DNA of 64,000 nt from contig NC_043009.1 of NCBI RefSeq assembly GCF_006345805.1, positions 8,742,001 to 8,806,000 of the forward strand, given 5' to 3'. Shown here in pieces: positions 13,724 through 25,249 of the stretch. Under the pieces are notes generated by a model, which saw nothing but the letters and a program-made list of their open reading frames with translations, made no database searches and was not told the origin of the DNA. How positions within the stretch are numbered: position 1 is the first letter of the stretch; each line of letters opens with the position of its first letter. Both the position numbers and the translations under genes were made by a program. The DNA is from Octopus sinensis. Lineage: Eukaryota.

Positions 13724-16562
13724 ATATATATAATGTATGTATGTATGTATATCTACAGATATTAAACATGAGAATGCTAAATGTGAGGATTTCAAATTTA
13801 GAAAAAGAATCAAAATTCCAAAAGCTTCAAAGACTGAAAACTCAGACTGTTGAATGCCATAGGGTTGTAAGATCAAAACTCTGAATTTTGAACTGTTTTA
13901 AAGCAAAATTAGGAGAAAATTGGACATAAATGACATTTATTTACAGATATAAAATTGGATTTATTTCAGAAACATGTTCACCGTCTTTTATTCTGCTTAT
14001 TCAAAATAACAAATGCAAGAGAGATATAGTGAGCTTATTTCAAAAAAAGCAAACTGTGTGTTATGGTGATATGATATATCACATATGGAACTGGTTTATT
14101 GAAGTAGATTTTTTCTATGGCTGGATGCCCTTCCTATCACCAACCTTCACCCGTTTCCAAACACAGTAATATTACCCCATGGCCAGACATGTTTTCATAG
14201 TTTAGAAATGAACTACACTGCTTGTTAGGTTACACGTAATTGTTCATAGCTATTGTGCAATGTCAATCAAGGAGATACAAATACAACCAAACACATACAT
14301 GTGTGCATGCACACACACACACACCACACACACACACATGTATGTGTGTGACTTAGTGGTTAGGGTGATGTACTCATAACTGTAATATTGGAGGTTCAAT
14401 TCTTGGACTGAGTATCATGTTTTCTCTTTGACCAAGGCACTCCGTTTTATATTGCTTTAGTCGACTTGACTGAAAATGAGTGCCAACCAATTGCTGGTGC
14501 AGATCTCTCTACCCTCCAGCTGTCACAGCCCCAATGTTCCACTGGGTCAAGGACAAGAAGCTCAGAGGATGGTTAACACTATATTGGTACCGAAAACAAT
14601 TACATGGCACAGACTAACATGTCATACTCATTTGCCAGTGAAGACTATATCTCGCGTGTGTATATATATATGACTCCAACCCATGCCAGCATGGACAACG
14701 GACATTAAATGATGATGATGATGAAGATCATATATATATTTCTTTACTACCCACAAGGGGCTAAACACAGGGAGGACAAACAAGGACAGACAAAGTCGAT
14801 TATATCGACCCCAGTGCGTTACTGGTACTTAATTTATTGACCCCGAAAGGATGAAAGGCAAAGTCGACCTTGGCGGAATTTGAACTCAGAACGTAACAGC
14901 AGACGAAATACGGCTACGCATTTCGCCCGGCGTGCTAACGATTCTGCCAGCTCGCCGAAGATCATATACATATATATATATATACCACCACCACCACCAC
15001 CAACCGATCATGGCCGTTGCCAGCCTCCCCTGGCACCTGTGCTGGTGGCACGTAAAAAGCACCCACTACACTCACGGAGTGGTTGGCGCTAGGAAGGGCA
15101 TCCAGCCATAGAAACACTGCCAGATCAGACTGGAGCCTGGTGCAGCCTCCTGGCTTCCCAGACCCTGGTCGAACCGTCCAACCCATGCTAGCATGGAAAA
15201 CAGACGTTAAACGATGATGATATATATATATAATATATCATTATCATTAGCTGAGGTCGACTTTTCCTTTTATCCTTTCAGGGTATCACCTGTCTATATC
15301 CAGACAGGTGATACCCTGTCAGGGTCAATAAAATAAGTACCAGTTGAGTATTGCAGTCAATGTAATCAACTTAGCCCCCACAAAAAACTTTCAGGTCTTG
15401 TGCCTATGGCAGAAAGGATTATCATCATTTAAGGTCCACTTTTTCCATGCCTGCCTGGTTTAGACAGAATTTTTCGAGGCAGGCTTCCTACTGCCAGGTA
15501 CTCTTCTTATTGCCAACCCTCACCTGTTTCCAGATGGTAATATTTTCCCATAGCTAGAATATTTAGACGCGTTTTACAAAGAAGAATGGAAACAAACAAC
15601 CTTGCTTATATGATGATATGCATTTACAACCATCATGTCATGTCTAGACAAGATACTCCTACAATGCACATGTGCATGCAATAGGCTTCTTTCAGTTTCT
15701 GTCTGACAAACCCACTCACAAGGCTTTTGTAAGCCCAGGTCTGTTGTAGAAGACCCGAGGTGCCATGCACTTGAACTGAACCTGAAACCAAATGCTTGGG
15801 AAGCAATCTTCTCAACCACACAGCCACACTAGCTTGTTCCCCCATATACATATCATCATCATCATCATCAACATTTAACACCTGTTTTCCATGCTAGCAT
15901 GGGTTGGACGGCTTGACAGGAACTAGAAAATGCCAGGGGGGCCACACCAGTTTCCATAGTTTGTTTTAGCCTAATTTCTATGACTGGATGTTCTTCCAAA
16001 TGCCAACCACTTTACAGAGTGTACTGGGTGCTTTTTACATGGCACCTTGGTTTTTAGATTTCAGTTCTGTTGTGCTGGGCAGGTCTTATTGAGTACAGCA
16101 ATGTGTCCCATATCTCGGTCATCTATCATCTCCTTCATAAGGCTCACCATTTTGAAACTGGACTTTAATACTTTGTCCATATATATATATATATATATAT
16201 ATCATTGGTTGGCCATCTGGATGGCCAGATAACCGAAGAGATGGTGGTGTGGATTTCCACCTCAGCATCCGAAACTGCTACTGAATAATTGTCACATATT
16301 ATTTTACAGATAAATTCCTCTATTTACATAATATTGAGGTCTTTTTCTTTCTTTTGTTATCTTATCGTTTTTACCAATATATATATATATATATAAAATA
16401 CAAAAATGGGACAAGAACGCAAAACATCCAGACAGGTGATAGAAAAAAAGGGACGCCTATTGAAAGATTACAATTTCTTATCCAGTAACACCTGTCATTT
16501 AATACGATTTTCATAGGATTTTTAAATTTAACGTTGCCTATTTTTAAATATCTTTTCTTCAG

Positions 16563-16724
16563 CCACTCTACTATGATGATGAATTTGATCGGAAATCTAT
16601 ACGACGTCATCTCCCTTCAACCAAGAGTTATGATTCAGATGACCGCTGTTCAGTTCACACACAGAACTCACCTACAGCTGAAACACCTCTAATTACTGAA
16701 CCGAAGAAACGTAATAAAACCAAT
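16563..16724 (+). CDS. Coding exon D (PLYYDDEFDRKSIRRHLPSTKSYDSDDRCSVHTQNSPTAETPLITEPKKRNKTN)
   Basis: Acceptor tcttttcttcag| (AG 16561-62), donor AAT|GTAAGT at 16725. 162 nt, open in phase 0-0. Confidence 0.8.
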
Positions 16725-17739
16725 GTAAGTAAATTGTTGTATTTCTGATACTTTTATGTTTTTTATTCTCATGAATGGAGAGATGGAAACAGCTGTAGAG
16801 CAAGACATTTGTTTCTGACCCTCGGTCATAAGTTAACCTCTCATCAACTAACATAAAACCACCTTCCTCAAAACTCCTTTTGTTCCTTTTCGAGCCATGC
16901 CTGGCTCATAAGGGCCGGTTTCCTTGGCGTAGAGGTTCCCCCACCTGGACGGGACGCCAATCCATCGCAGGTGAGCTGCAAGATGCAGGAGGAAAGAGTG
17001 AGAGAAAGTTGTGCTGAAAGAGTCAGCAGAAGTTTGCCATTTCCTTCTGCCGGAGCCGCATAGAGCTTAGGTGTTTCACTCATAAACACACACATTGCTC
17101 GGTCTGAGATTCAAACCCGCGATCCCTCAACCGTGAGTCCGCTGCTCTAACCACTAGGCCATGTGCCTCCACTTCCTCAATAATACTCCCACCTCCCTCA
17201 GTTGAAGTGTCTTGTTTTGCAAGTTACTTGGTAACCTCAATGGTGCTGGTTCCACATAAAAAGCACACAGTACACTCTATAAAGTGTCTGGCATTAGAAA
17301 GAGTATCCAGCTGTAGAAACCATGCTAAAATAGATGTAGGCACTCAGTATAGTCTTCTGGCAATCCAGTTCCTGTCAAACTGCCCGACCCATGCCAGCAT
17401 GGAAACTGAACATTAAATAGTAATAATGATAATGTTGTGTAAAGCTGCTTAGTTAAAACTAAATGAGGCAAAGCCTGAGGTTCTCTAGAGCACACACAGT
17501 CAAAGAATTTGTTATTTCAAAATCAAGGATTTTCTTTTCACCCAAGTTTTCAAAGACAAGACAGCACTGATGTTTGATTTTACTGTCCTGTGTATCAATA
17601 TATTTCCCTGGTGTATGTGTGTTGTATGTAATACACTTTCCCAGTTTCTTTCAACCACCAAAGAATTTTGGAAATTATGAAAGGAAAGCTTTATGTTACT
17701 CACAACAAGAGTAACTAAATGCCTGTTTTTTTAATAGTA

Positions 17740-17944
17740 TTTTACTCTTTTACTTGTTTCAGTCATTTGACTGTGGCCATGCTGGAGCACTGCCTTTAGT
17801 CGAGCAAATCGACCCCAGGACTTATTCTTTGGAAGCCTAATACTTATTCTATCGGTCTCTTTTGCCGAACCACTAAGTTACGGGTATGTAAACACACCAC
17901 CATTGGTTGTCAAGCGATGTTGGGGGGACAAACACAGACACACA

Positions 17945-17984
<40 letters not shown>

Positions 17985-18362
17985 TACAACAGGCTTCTTT
18001 CAGTTTCTGTTTGGGCAAGTGTCTTCTACTATAGCCTCGGGGCGACCAAAGCCTTGTGAGCGGATTTGATAGACGGAAACTGAAAGAAGACCATCGTGTA
18101 TATGTGTGTGTGCGTGTGTGTGTATGTATGTATGCATGTGTGTGTGTGTATGTTTGTGTGTCTGTGTTTGTCCCCTACCAACATTGCTTGACAACCAATG
18201 CTGGTGTGTTTACATCCCCGTAACTTAGTGGTTCGGCAAAAGAGACCGATAGAATAAGTACTGGGCTTACAAAGAATAAGTCCCGGGGTCGATTTGCTCG
18301 ACTAAAGGCGGTGCTCCAGCATGGCCGCAGTCAAATGACTGAAACAAGTAAAAGAGTAAAAA
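17740..18362. mobile_element. Two 5'-truncated family A SINEs fused head-to-head (inverted pair)
   Basis: Minus copy 17740-18010 is joined directly to plus copy 18011-18362. Confidence 0.92.
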
Positions 18363-18723
18363 TATCATCTGTTGGTAAGCAACAGATTTTTTCCAAAGCA
18401 ATTTCCAATCTCTTCTGAATGGTTAAAATTCTATTTGTGTGACCGTCTGACTAAACTGGATTTTGTTTTTCTGTCTGTTGACAAGAATAACTCCAAGACT
18501 AATGCAATGATCTATACTGCATAACAAGATAAAAAAAGATTTGATTTGCTTGTAAAACATCTAATTAATGTTCTATATAGCTTTTATTTTTTTTATGAAC
18601 CTGAATATATATCTACTCTTTCCTTCACACACATACATTCGTGCACACAGTTTTTTCCCCTCCTTTCTGTTTTCTCTCTGTTATCTCTTCCTTCACTCTC
18701 TCTTCCTATTTCACTCTCTCTCT

Positions 18724-18794
<71 letters not shown>

Positions 18795-18795
<1 letters not shown>

Positions 18796-19330
18796 CATCA
18801 TCATCATCGTTAACGTCTGCTTTCCATACTAGCATGGCTTGGACGTATGACTGAGGGCTGGCGAACCAGATGGCTGCACCAGGCTCCAATCTTGATCTGG
18901 CAGAGTTTCTACAGCTGGATGCCCTTTCTAATGCCAACCACTCTGAGAGTGTAGTGGGTACTTTTTACATGCTACCAACACGGGGACCAGTCAGGTGGTA
19001 CTGGCAACGACCTCGCTCGAATCTTTTTACACATGCCACCAGCACGGGTGCCAGTAAGGTAATGCTGGTAACGATCATGCTCAAATAGTGCGTTTTACAT
19101 GCCACCGGCACGGAAGCCAGTTAGCCGCTCTGGCAATGATCACACTCGGATGGTGCTCTTAGCACCCTACTAGCATGGGCACAAGTGCCAGTAAGGCGAC
19201 GCTGGTAACGATCACACTTGAATGGCGCCTTTTATGTGCCACTGGCACGGAAACCGGTTACCTGCTCTGTCAACGATCACACTCGTATGGTGCTCTTTGC
19301 ATCCCACTAGCACGGATGCCAGTTATCGAA
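18795..19330 (-). mobile_element. Family C element (RTE-3'UTR-like, (GAT)n tail); copies at 3472-3720, 14990-15222, 37984-38335, 40417-40712, 55330-55502 and 63750-63900
   Basis: Shared catcatcatcgtttaacgtccgctttccatgctagcatggg...cagctggatgcccttcctaacgccaaccac plus tgccaccggcacg subrepeats also seen in the RTE 3'UTR at 26420-26580. Confidence 0.85.
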
Positions 19331-19346
19331 TTTGATATATATATAT

Positions 19347-19586
19347 TTAAGAAAATAGGAAAATAGAGATAATTAGATTAATAATTATTTATCAATTACA
19401 AAATTGGACATCATCTGTGACAACTGTTTCAATTCAAGACTTTAGAAATTAATTAGTATAATTATGTTTTTATATACTAATTAATTTCTAAAGTCTTGAA
19501 TCGAAACAGCTGTCAGAGACAATGTCCAGTATTGTAATTAATAAATAATTATTAATTTAATTAGCTTTATTTTCTTATTTTCTTAA
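19347..19586. repeat. Foldback palindrome, ~110-bp arms, ~11-nt loop
   Basis: ...caagactttagaaattaattagtata / tatactaattaatttctaaagtcttg... with a more diverged outer stem. Confidence 0.93.
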
Positions 19587-19734
19587 AAATATTTATAAAC
19601 CCCAGTTTATCTATTTACCTTACAGTTTAATATTAAATGTAATATTCAATAGTTTTTGTAATAGGTAATAAACCAGTATATTCATAGGATTTTATTATCC
19701 TTTAATGAGGTTTTTAGCCTCTAATTGAACTTTT

Positions 19735-19765
<31 letters not shown>

Positions 19766-19903
19766 AATCTTCCCCCTCTATTCTCTCACTCTCCGCCCCC
19801 CATTGTTTCCTGTTTTGTCACCAGTTTATTTTGCTATTCAATGCTTGCCTGCACCCAAAATTATTTCTTCCATTTGTTTGAATAATGTTTAATTTTTTTC
19901 CAG

Positions 19904-21316
19904 AAAGCACACAGTCCAAAACTATCTCGTAACCAGCAACCTTCCATCATGGAAAAAAGAACATCAGCAACTTGGTCACCACGCAGTAGTACTAACTTGG
20001 AAGGCCTCCCAACCGAAGTTTACCTTGACGGTTCTCGTAGTTCCCCCGTAACACTCAGCAAACCAATCCGTACAAGACAGATGCCTGTTTTTAATGTTGG
20101 TGATTCTCAGTGTCCCGTCGGACGTCAACAACCGTCATTACTTGACACCCATTACATGCCGGGTGAGGATTGGGGACTCGTTCAGGACAGCATAGAAACC
20201 ATTCATCCCATTAGACCACTCAACGATGGCTATTCCTATGTTATTCCGGATACTAATTCCTATTCAGGCTGGACAAGCCATTCATCTCTCGACACCCCAT
20301 CTAATGGAAACAATAATGGTGCAGGAAGCAATGGCAATCTTTTGTATTCACTCAATGGTTTGAGTTCAACAACAATTGACAGTCAAGGCGAAACTGTGTC
20401 CAGCCATTACAATTCTTCTCCTTACCACATGTCACCACCTAAAGATCTGTATTTTTCTTCTCAAAGCTCAATAGATAACATTGGGCATCAGAGTAACAAA
20501 GTGAGTCTTCTTGACCTACATGACCTCGAAGAAGAGTGTGAACCAGTCACTACTAATGGTGACTTCCATTTCAATAACATACAGAATCCAGTGCCTGGTA
20601 ATACTGATGTATACCCACCACCCAGAGGTAGACAACGCAGTAATGATAAATTCTCGAAAGAGCCAGATGCTCATTCAAAGTTTGAGCCTTTGTCCAAACT
20701 TGATGAACAGATTTTGCTCAAAGAAGGTGGGGATTGCATTGCACTGAAAACATACAAGACTAATGCCAACTGCAAGAGTGATCCTGCTTTGGTGAAAGTG
20801 AGACTTCCAGAAGAGAGAAATGGAGAACTGCCTCCAATGTTAAATCGCTTCATGGCACACCATGAATTAATTCCTTACCATTCCACAGCGCTTCCAATGC
20901 AAGGAAACTCTGAACCCCCTCCATATTGTGTCAAAGATCTTATAAAACAATCTGAGGACGTTAAAAATGATGGCTCAGACTATTTCATAAGAGATAGGAA
21001 CACTTCTTGTGATAATAACAGTAAAAAAAAAAGTTACAGCCCTAAAAAGAAGAATTCTGGTGGTGCCAATCACAGTAGTTTTGGCAACAAGGGCAATAAA
21101 AGTAATAGTGTACATTCAAAAAAACCTGACAACCCTCACAGCATTCGAAAGAGGCCTGATCGCAAAGCACTTCCTTCTTCGAAAGAAAAATCAAATGAAC
21201 TAAAAACTTTTGCTTCTGCACGGACTACTGATGGACCCACATTACCTGAGGAACTCCCCGCGCATTATTTTAGGGACCCAGAAATCACTCCTGACCTTCC
21301 TACAACAGACCTCTAA
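19904..21316 (+). CDS. Terminal coding exon E, ~470 aa Ser/Pro/Asn-rich low-complexity region ending PTTDL; product unidentified
   Basis: Acceptor tttttttccag| (AG 19902-03) is in frame, 15 codons upstream of the ATG of the 455-aa ORF 19949-21316. AATAAA at 21367 and 22272. Confidence 0.88.
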   Translation, partial: KAHSPKLSRNQQPSIMEKRTSATWSPRSSTNLEGLPTEVYLDGSRSSPVTLSKPIRTRQMPVFNVGDSQCPVGRQQPSLLDTHYMPGEDWGLVQDSIETIHPIRPLNDGYSYVIPDTNSYSGWTSHSSLDTPSNGNNNGAGSNGNLLYSLNGLSSTTIDSQGETVSSHYNSSPYHMSPPKDLYFSSQSSIDNIGHQSNKVSLLDLHDLEEECEPVTTNGDFHFNNIQNPVPGNTDVYPPPRGRQRSNDKFSKEPDAHSKFEPLSKLDEQILLKEGGDCIALKTYKTNANCKSDPALVKVRLPEERNGELPPMLNRFMAHHELIPYHSTALPMQGNSEPPPYCVKDLIKQSEDVKNDGSDYFIRDRNTSCDNNSKKKSYSPKKKNSGGANHSSFGNKGNKSNSVHSKKPDNPHSIRKRPDRKALPSSKEKSNELKTFASARTTDGPTLPEELPAHYFRDPEITPDLPTTDL

Positions 21317-21579
21317 TATCTTCCCCACCAACTTTTCTTTTCTTTTCCTTTTTTTTTTTCGTGTCAAATAAAAAATATTATTTGTCAAATATTTGCTGAT
21401 GGATTTCCTGTCCATTTCTCTCCACTGTAATTTTACTTATTCAGAGATTATGTACAGACTTTAATTATTGTATTATTATTATTATTACAACATGTCATGT
21501 CATCCAGGAAAACTCCATTGTTCAGACAACAGAACTGTAAGTATTATCGAGTGTAAATATACAATATTTGTATATCACT

Positions 21580-22200
21580 TCTGAAGAAACTGTGATATCA
21601 ATACTTGTGAGGTACATTGTGAAATACTTAACATTGATAACATTGTGAAGTACTTAAGTTTGGTATATCACACTGTAAGGTACATAACGTTGGTACACTA
21701 TTGTGAGGTACTTAACAGTGGTAATTACCTTGTGAGGCACTTAACATTTGTATATTACATTAGTACAATACATTATGAGGTTGTGAGGTACATAGCTTTG
21801 GTATATTGCATTACGAGGTACTTAACTTTGGTACATTACATTGTGAAATACATTAAATTGGTACATTTTATTGTGAGGTACACTACATTGCTATTTTACA
21901 GTGTGAGGTACATTACATTGGTACACTATATTGTGAGGTACTTAACATTAGTGTATTACATTGTGAGGTACTTAACATTAGTACATTATGTTGTAAGGTA
22001 CATTACATTGTGAGGCTGTGAGGTACATTAACATTGGTATATTACATTGTGAGGTAGATGACATTGTTAAGTAGCATTAGTACCCTACATTGTGAGATAT
22101 ATGACATTAGTACAGTGCTACTTTACATAGTGAGGTACATTACATAGATACATTACATTGTAAGATTCTTTACACTGGTACGTTGGTATTTTACTTTGTG
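21580..22200 (+). repeat. ~30-bp minisatellite (consensus ~ACATTGTGAGGTACTTAACATTGGTACATT), about 20 degenerate copies, downstream of the exon E stop
   Basis: Visible recurrence of ttgtgaggtac and acatt with ~30-nt spacing. Explains the 10-aa periodic ORF 21645-22013 (VRYLTLVHYI). Confidence 0.9.
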
Positions 22201-23559
22201 GAATTTATATAACATTGTTATATAATCTATAAAAAAAAGGATTATATTGAAAAACTGCTGCGAAATATGATAATAAAAATATTAACATTTTTCCAATTTT
22301 TCTAATGTAACATTTGGCTAATTATGAATGAACTTGGTGCAGTGGTTTAGAAGTTTGCTTCGGAACCATAAGGTTTGGTCCAATTTTGTGGCAGTTTAGG
22401 GAAGTGACTTCTGACAAGGCCATGGATTAAACAATGCCTCGTGAGTGGAATTTGGAAGACAGAAACTGTAGCAGCCCTTGGTGTATGTATTTTGTGTCAA
22501 TGGATTTCAAATACTTTGCCATATTTGAATCCATAAGGGGGAAGCATCTCTTTCAAGGGACGTAACTCTGATAAATCTTAGCTTTTTTTTTCTTTTTTTT
22601 TTGCTAAATGGAAATTGGTAAAAATGTGTACCAGGCTTAAATACTGCAAATCAATGTAATTAATTAAAACGTTTGAAGGTGATGCTCTTGCATGGCCACA
22701 GTCCAGTGACTGAAGCCAGTAAGAGAAAATAAAAGAATGATATCAGGTCAGAATAATTCTAATGTAAATATATCTCAAGAGACCCCTCAAACCATCCAAA
22801 ATAAATCAAAATATTAGCAGAGGTTTTTTTGTTTGTTTTGTTTCTTTTATAACTATGGGTTTGTTGAACCCACAGTTTTACCAAGCTACAAAACTGGAGC
22901 TTGGTACAATTAGTATGAAAAAAAAAAAACACAAATGTAAAAAGAAGTCTGTAAAAAGCTGTCAGACAAATTTTGAAAGATATTTTCATCTATTTGTTGA
23001 TTTTTCACATTCTGTTGAGAATTTTTCAAGTAAAAAAACCAAATCCTGTAATAATTGAGCAGAAAATACTGAAAATGGACTTGTTTATTCTGATGCTTAC
23101 CTGTGTCTTTACCTGTGGTCAGATTATTGTGAAAATTGGCAAAGAAAATAATTATTTATATGTCTTCATGTAACTCGTCATTTGTTCTACAAAACATTGT
23201 ACATGTGTGGTTGTTAATTGATTTCGTAGTAACGCAGAGGAAGAAAAATACCATACATGCCGCAAAGAGGATGAAAAGTAATTTAATACTGATGACATCA
23301 GTATTAAATTAGTAAAAGTAATTAGTAAAAGGCATGAACATACAACGGTGGTGCCCCAGCATGGCCGCGGTCTTTGGGCTAAAACATTTTTAAGGATTTC
23401 AGGATTTATACAAACAACGCAAACCAAAACAATGTTTTTTCCTTTGAACCCAGTTGTAGCTTATGACATTTAGATGTAAGCTGTTATTTCCAGCAGAAAT
23501 TACATTCTCAGGTGTAGACAAATTTCCACTGCTTGCTTTTGTTCCACGTGTAAATTTTC

Positions 23560-23945
23560 ATTTGTCGGGCTAGAAACAGTAGCTAAATGTCCAGTGTGCA
23601 TCCACTGTTGTAGTTAATAATCCATTCAAGTCAGTTGATTGGAAAATCAGACGGATCAACTGGAAGAAATTGATATATTGTTTTCTGATTATTATTGCCA
23701 AATCCTTTTCTGCTATTAATTCATTGAATAAGTTAAAGGTGTAAGAATTATGAACAGCTATTTTTTCTGGCATTTTCTCTTGCACTTCACTTAATTTAGG
23801 CTTTTTGGACACACTTTCTTCACTTTTTACATTTGCAGGTTGTTTCATTAGAAACCTGTCAAGAGAAGTCTGCTTTTTCCTGCCTTTCAAAATGCTATGA
23901 AAATGCAGCAGAGAACAGAGTCATTAAATAAAGTTTTGATAAGAA
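23560..23945 (-). mobile_element. Tigger/pogo transposase C-terminal remnant
   Basis: Minus strand FNDSVL...LKGRKKQTSLDRFL, typical of the C-terminus of Tigger-like transposases. Confidence 0.65.
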
Positions 23946-24686
23946 TACTACAAAAATAGAATACAAAAAAAGGAAATTTGTTGTTACTGCTAACATCTGT
24001 TACAGAATGTAAATAAATGATAGAGGAGGGGATTAAAGTTTTCTTCTTTAGATTAGGGACTTTAAAATGATTAGGAAAAGTGGGGTTTGAATGCTGCTCT
24101 TTCAGGCAGTAAGTATAACACTGACAAACACGGTGCCATGCAGATTTGTATTCTACAGGATGTTATAATATAGTTGGTAGTGTGTAGGTTATCTCTTTCT
24201 CCGTTTATCCATCTCCTGAATGCTAATCTTACTGGATTTATCTCCCTTTTCTTCCCTTATATGTAAAGTGGTTGGCATTAGGGCATCCAGCCAAATCACA
24301 CAACTGGAACTTGGTGCAGCTCTAGCCAAATCATTCGACCCATTCCAGCATGGAAAACAGACATCAAATGATGATGATGATGGTATATACTAACAACGGT
24401 TTAGTCAGTGTCATTGCCCAAGTTTGTAAGTGGTACTTTATTTTATCAATAGTATCAACAAGTGGAGGCACAATGGCCCATGGTTGAGGAAGCAGCCTCG
24501 CGTTCATAGGATCGCAGTTTCGATTCCCAGACTGGGCATTGTGAGTGCTTATTGTTTATCATTTGTTACATCAGGAATATACTTTTACCATTGCTGGATT
24601 TATCCCCCTTTGCTAACATATACTTGCGTCTCATTCACTATACACACACACACACATGTATCTGTGTGTGTGTGTATATATATATA

Positions 24687-24921
24687 TTAGGAAGTCAAAA
24701 GTTATGGCAGATCATAAAGTGAGCATTGGTTTTGCACCTCTAAAATGCTGAGCAGTATAGGAGATTCATCAAACTCAAATGGCTGAAGGAGTCTTCAGCC
24801 ATTTGAGTCTCATGAGTCTCCTATACTCCTAACTTTGACCATTTGAGTCTTGCGAGTCATCTTTTTAGGTGTGAAACCAATGGTCGCTCCTATGATAGGC
24901 CATAACCTTTGCCTTCCTAAA
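24687..24921. mobile_element. Palindromic MITE with ~60-bp degenerate TIRs and a central 35-bp-stem hairpin (24754-24827)
   Basis: taggaagtcaaaagttatggc...ttttgcacctctaaaatg versus catctttttaggtgtgaaaccaatgg...ataacctttgccttccta. Central agtataggagattcatcaaactcaaatggctgaag-gagt-cttcagccatttgagtctcatgagtctcctatact. Confidence 0.75.
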
Positions 24922-25249
24922 AAAATATTTTACTGCTCTAATGCTTTTGAGTGCACTTCTTTTCCAGATATATGAATTACTGATGATATATATATATATA
25001 TCAAAACAGGGACAACTGTGTTGTATGTTTTGTACTGTTTTTTTCGTTGTTTGAAAAAAGTTTGTTTCCATGTTTTTGTTTTTATGTTTTCATTTCTCAT
25101 TGTGTTCATTTGTTTTTGATGTCCTGTACCCATATATGCATGTATATATACATGTAGATGTAGGTATGTACATATACGTTTGTATATATGCATATATTTA
25201 TATATTATTTATATTATTATATATATATATATATATATATGTATAGAGA

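Noticed and set aside
16768-16800. CTCATGA...GGAAACAGCTGTA hammerhead-like string
   Set aside because: Core mismatch (CTCATGA), with no helix I or helix II pairing.
21645-22013. 122-aa ORF with 10-aa periodicity
   Set aside because: By-product of the 30-bp minisatellite; it starts at GTG and has no splice support.
21580-22200. CRISPR-like regular repeat spacing
   Set aside because: Eukaryotic context, with contiguous degenerate units and no unique spacers or cas genes.
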